From IMG/VR virus record IMGVR_UViG_3300028908_000002, positions 1 to 50,182 of that record: 50,182 nucleotides of DNA. One strand, written 5' to 3'. This document shows, piece by piece, positions 48,901-50,182 of the stretch. The first letter of the stretch is position 1. Each line of letters opens with the position of its first letter. The translations under genes and the position numbers were made by a program. Under the pieces are notes generated by a model. That model ran no database searches, had not been told where the DNA came from, and saw nothing but the letters and a program-made list of their open reading frames with translations. The stretch comes from a virus. Lineage: Duplodnaviria > Caudoviricetes.

Positions 48901-49266
48901 CCCATTAGCACCCGTTTTAGCTAATACACCTACATCACCCATCAGTGTACCATTTAGCATAGGACTGTCGCCCTTCACTGCATCAGACATGGCGATAAAG
49001 TTCTTCAACAGGTGATCATTACTGTCCACCATGTCCGTGTGGCGCTTATTGGTATGTGGCACTGCGGAAGAACCATTAGGCTTTCCCGCAGCTTTAGCTA
49101 TGTTGTTTAAATTAGCGTTGGTCTGATACAGTTTAGTATCTTCCTCTGCCACTACTTCCGATGCCCATTGTGTGTCTATCTCATCAGGATAGACTGTTGC
49201 TGTTGATGTGGACTGTGTACCACTGTTAAGTGCCTCATCAGCCCAGTTCAAGTCTATATCTGGCAT
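45958..49266 (-). CDS. Large internal virion/ejection protein with degenerate zincin-like domain (1102 aa)
   Basis: Large helical protein downstream of the portal; C-terminal L.D....EL..VYP.L..L.V.F...I.I.L...RHAIDAEEG segment. Confidence 0.6.
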   Translation of the reverse strand: MPDIDLNWADEALNSGTQSTSTATVYPDEIDTQWASEVVAEEDTKLYQTNANLNNIAKAAGKPNGSSAVPHTNKRHTDMVDSNDHLLKNFIAMSDAVKGDSPMLNGTLMGDVGVLAKTGANGLLKLGIGLVNIADDVLDTVGLSLLSDQERVQIEKDRQIIQQNLTGTKVGEKSGFWSRETLGDAIVMAAMPTNIAGKLPMLSTGSAKLMAKMGATEYVIRKGENVSSGTAAEDALISAIGGRLLHYGLTTTLPAIGKALADRKYNITFNNMMRTLNPEFKDYKSTDAWLKSPEWANLSKSWKEVTGRTPNTPQERMLAAMFGTPTGRSMLGEVYRLDSLSSASVLDNMTDKLMQQMFDRLSKTDGLDTEALQTAFNHDDLARYIMKELKGLTDPKAVNKTPTSGLVQVARDTWGMFEKGLKFKYSDQQLVTGKDELLGDLGSAIEDSLKTVGMASKADAVESATLMNISKILNRMSPDDSNVITLKLGDLMSLRKELNGLSDEVTSPVIKQAKSRIDKYMEAFLDEEDLVGYKQLNDMYRRHTITSEADLVKALNSKMSDKDIYNLLAQVYSKTDYAQTDAITQLLAPQTRELFDRAVLRGMFQKASMTPDGLDSVLLPNFEMLERIYGSSALPKTEVGKVMGDYVKSLSDLFGTGINRGKAKLKGDASAVTTEIWRGVTNAFYKHIVPYTHRGRELRTLSDTIKVLTNHPEEVKSVFSDIAMPHYGTVKGYAKFTDEIKALQTHAQLLSETLITPKTSEQIEKVLDGGDPADLPPAVFAVHADNYGKTMQHLSGKLSEWMEKAINYSAQPPVQNEFVKLSYNIKPSATRTMVAGGVPRVVIPDAQFTLKQTGAALETQVNKAPISLSDIVGLNRELTDVYPNLKDLKVEFTSTPSGGSTSFKDGIITIDLHDEAIAAAKGAAKTTQVKKRIIEGIRHAIDAEEGVVRSYSPIWHTHILNSETGVSSTGQAVLHEFFRSKQAPACIDAVVKGNTGEQHAILTKLLKDSGMREADAATSASKVLDNLSAVLNTDSGYNYMWRYVHGQKEFSILDSLAKQVQKQSDGKVTITPYDMRRIIQEDGYPDLNTIWDYIPNVQGDTL

Positions 49267-50182
49267 TATCTATCTCCTTGATTGTAGCCCTGCGGTGCTA
49301 AGTCAGATGTAGCACCCAAAGCCTCTGCTAATTGTCCTGCCGCACCGTTTACATTACCCAACACGCCTGTTTGATTTGTCATTGCAGCTCGTGGGTCTAA
49401 GGTCGGCATATAGCCCATTTGCATAGCTAAGTTGCCGTATATCTGTGCAATCTCTTCACTATGCTTAGTTTTCAAGTTCTTCAACTTCAATGACATGGCG
49501 TAGAAGTATGCGGCAGGATTTGCGTTCATGAGTGCCTGTCCTGCCATGCCGTTCAATAATTGATCTAACATAACGGCATCTACGCTTTCAGACCCATTCA
49601 TGTCGGATGTGAATATCTCAACATCCGCCTGTAATTCGTCAAGCCCCGTGCCGCCGTATGTTTTATATCTAACTATACCGTCTTTACCTTTTATCGTGTG
49701 TGGTACATATTGCACTGTATCACCGACATTCATGCGCAGCACTTCTGGCTGATTGACTTCAATCTGGGCTTGTTGATTGAACTCATCAGTTAAAGTTATG
49801 TACTCGTGTGCGTTCTTGTACACTGATGCTAAGTGCATAATGTCTAACACTACATACTTATTCCACCTCTTCAAATGTGTGTCGAGGCGTGTTAAGCTGT
49901 TGATTGCTGCGTTCTGTTGTAAGCCTACTTTTCTACCGCTTGATGACGCATCGCCAAATCCAAGAAAAGCGGGATTTAGCCCTAACACTTCAAACATAGC
50001 TTGATTGGAGAATACGATCTTCTCCTTCTGTGTTTGAGCTTGTGGCTGTAAATTGTGTATCATAATACCGTTTACATTGTTCACATACGCCACTTGGTTA
50101 GGTGTGTACAGTGCATCGTTAAACTCTCGCTTGTGTTGTTGTCCTACTGAACCCTCTTGGGCTATTACTTTAAAGCCATTCA
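49266..50182 (-). CDS. Portal protein, C-terminal part
   Basis: In frame with 1..1118 across the overlap; GLNPAFLG....SSGR.V..QQ.A pattern of P22-type portals. Confidence 0.85.
   Translation of the reverse strand, partial: NGFKVIAQEGSVGQQHKREFNDALYTPNQVAYVNNVNGIMIHNLQPQAQTQKEKIVFSNQAMFEVLGLNPAFLGFGDASSSGRKVGLQQNAAINSLTRLDTHLKRWNKYVVLDIMHLASVYKNAHEYITLTDEFNQQAQIEVNQPEVLRMNVGDTVQYVPHTIKGKDGIVRYKTYGGTGLDELQADVEIFTSDMNGSESVDAVMLDQLLNGMAGQALMNANPAAYFYAMSLKLKNLKTKHSEEIAQIYGNLAMQMGYMPTLDPRAAMTNQTGVLGNVNGAAGQLAEALGATSDLAPQGYNQGDR
50056..50182. repeat. Terminal 127-bp direct repeat (copy 2)
   Basis: Identical to 1-127. Confidence 0.95.

Noticed and set aside
50056-50182. Biological terminal repeat
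   Set aside because: It is exactly 127 bp and lies inside the portal ORF, consistent with an assembly overlap.
1-50182. Stop-codon recoding or tRNA genes
   Set aside because: Core genes are full length in the standard code, all three stops are used, and no cloverleaf or T-loop signature was noticed by eye.

Overview
This window looks like a complete circular or circularly permuted genome (~50,055 bp) of an apparently lytic, short-tailed dsDNA phage. Bases 1-127 are repeated exactly at 50056-50182, and the portal gene reads in frame across that junction. The host is Gram-negative (two-component spanin) and tentatively Campylobacterota-like, which is only inferred from AAAGGA ribosome-binding sites and TTAA-phased promoters. 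The minus strand carries one long virion and lysis operon: scaffold, N4-gp56/DUF4043-like capsid, adaptor, six modular fibre or receptor-binding proteins, holin-SLT-spanin, nozzle, ejection proteins, portal and HNH. Terminase is transcribed divergently from it. A 2.8-kb non-coding region (22846-25670) precedes the early genes, an AEP primase-SF3 helicase, and a replication operon (SSB-like, PolA, Cas4-like nuclease, ligase, SF2 helicase, VRR-NUC, amino-MTase). I saw no integrase, RNA polymerase, tRNA or CRISPR array. There are two main unexplained signals. The first is an array of four composite units (full unit ~250 bp) right after terL, with covarying hairpins, minus-strand cGNAg triloops, tandem GA pairs and extended -10 boxes, lying next to a GTAAC-iteron origin-like region. 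The second is the heptamer AAAGCCT/AGGCTTT, about ten-fold over-represented genome-wide by my hand count. All product calls come from motif recognition by eye, not database searches.
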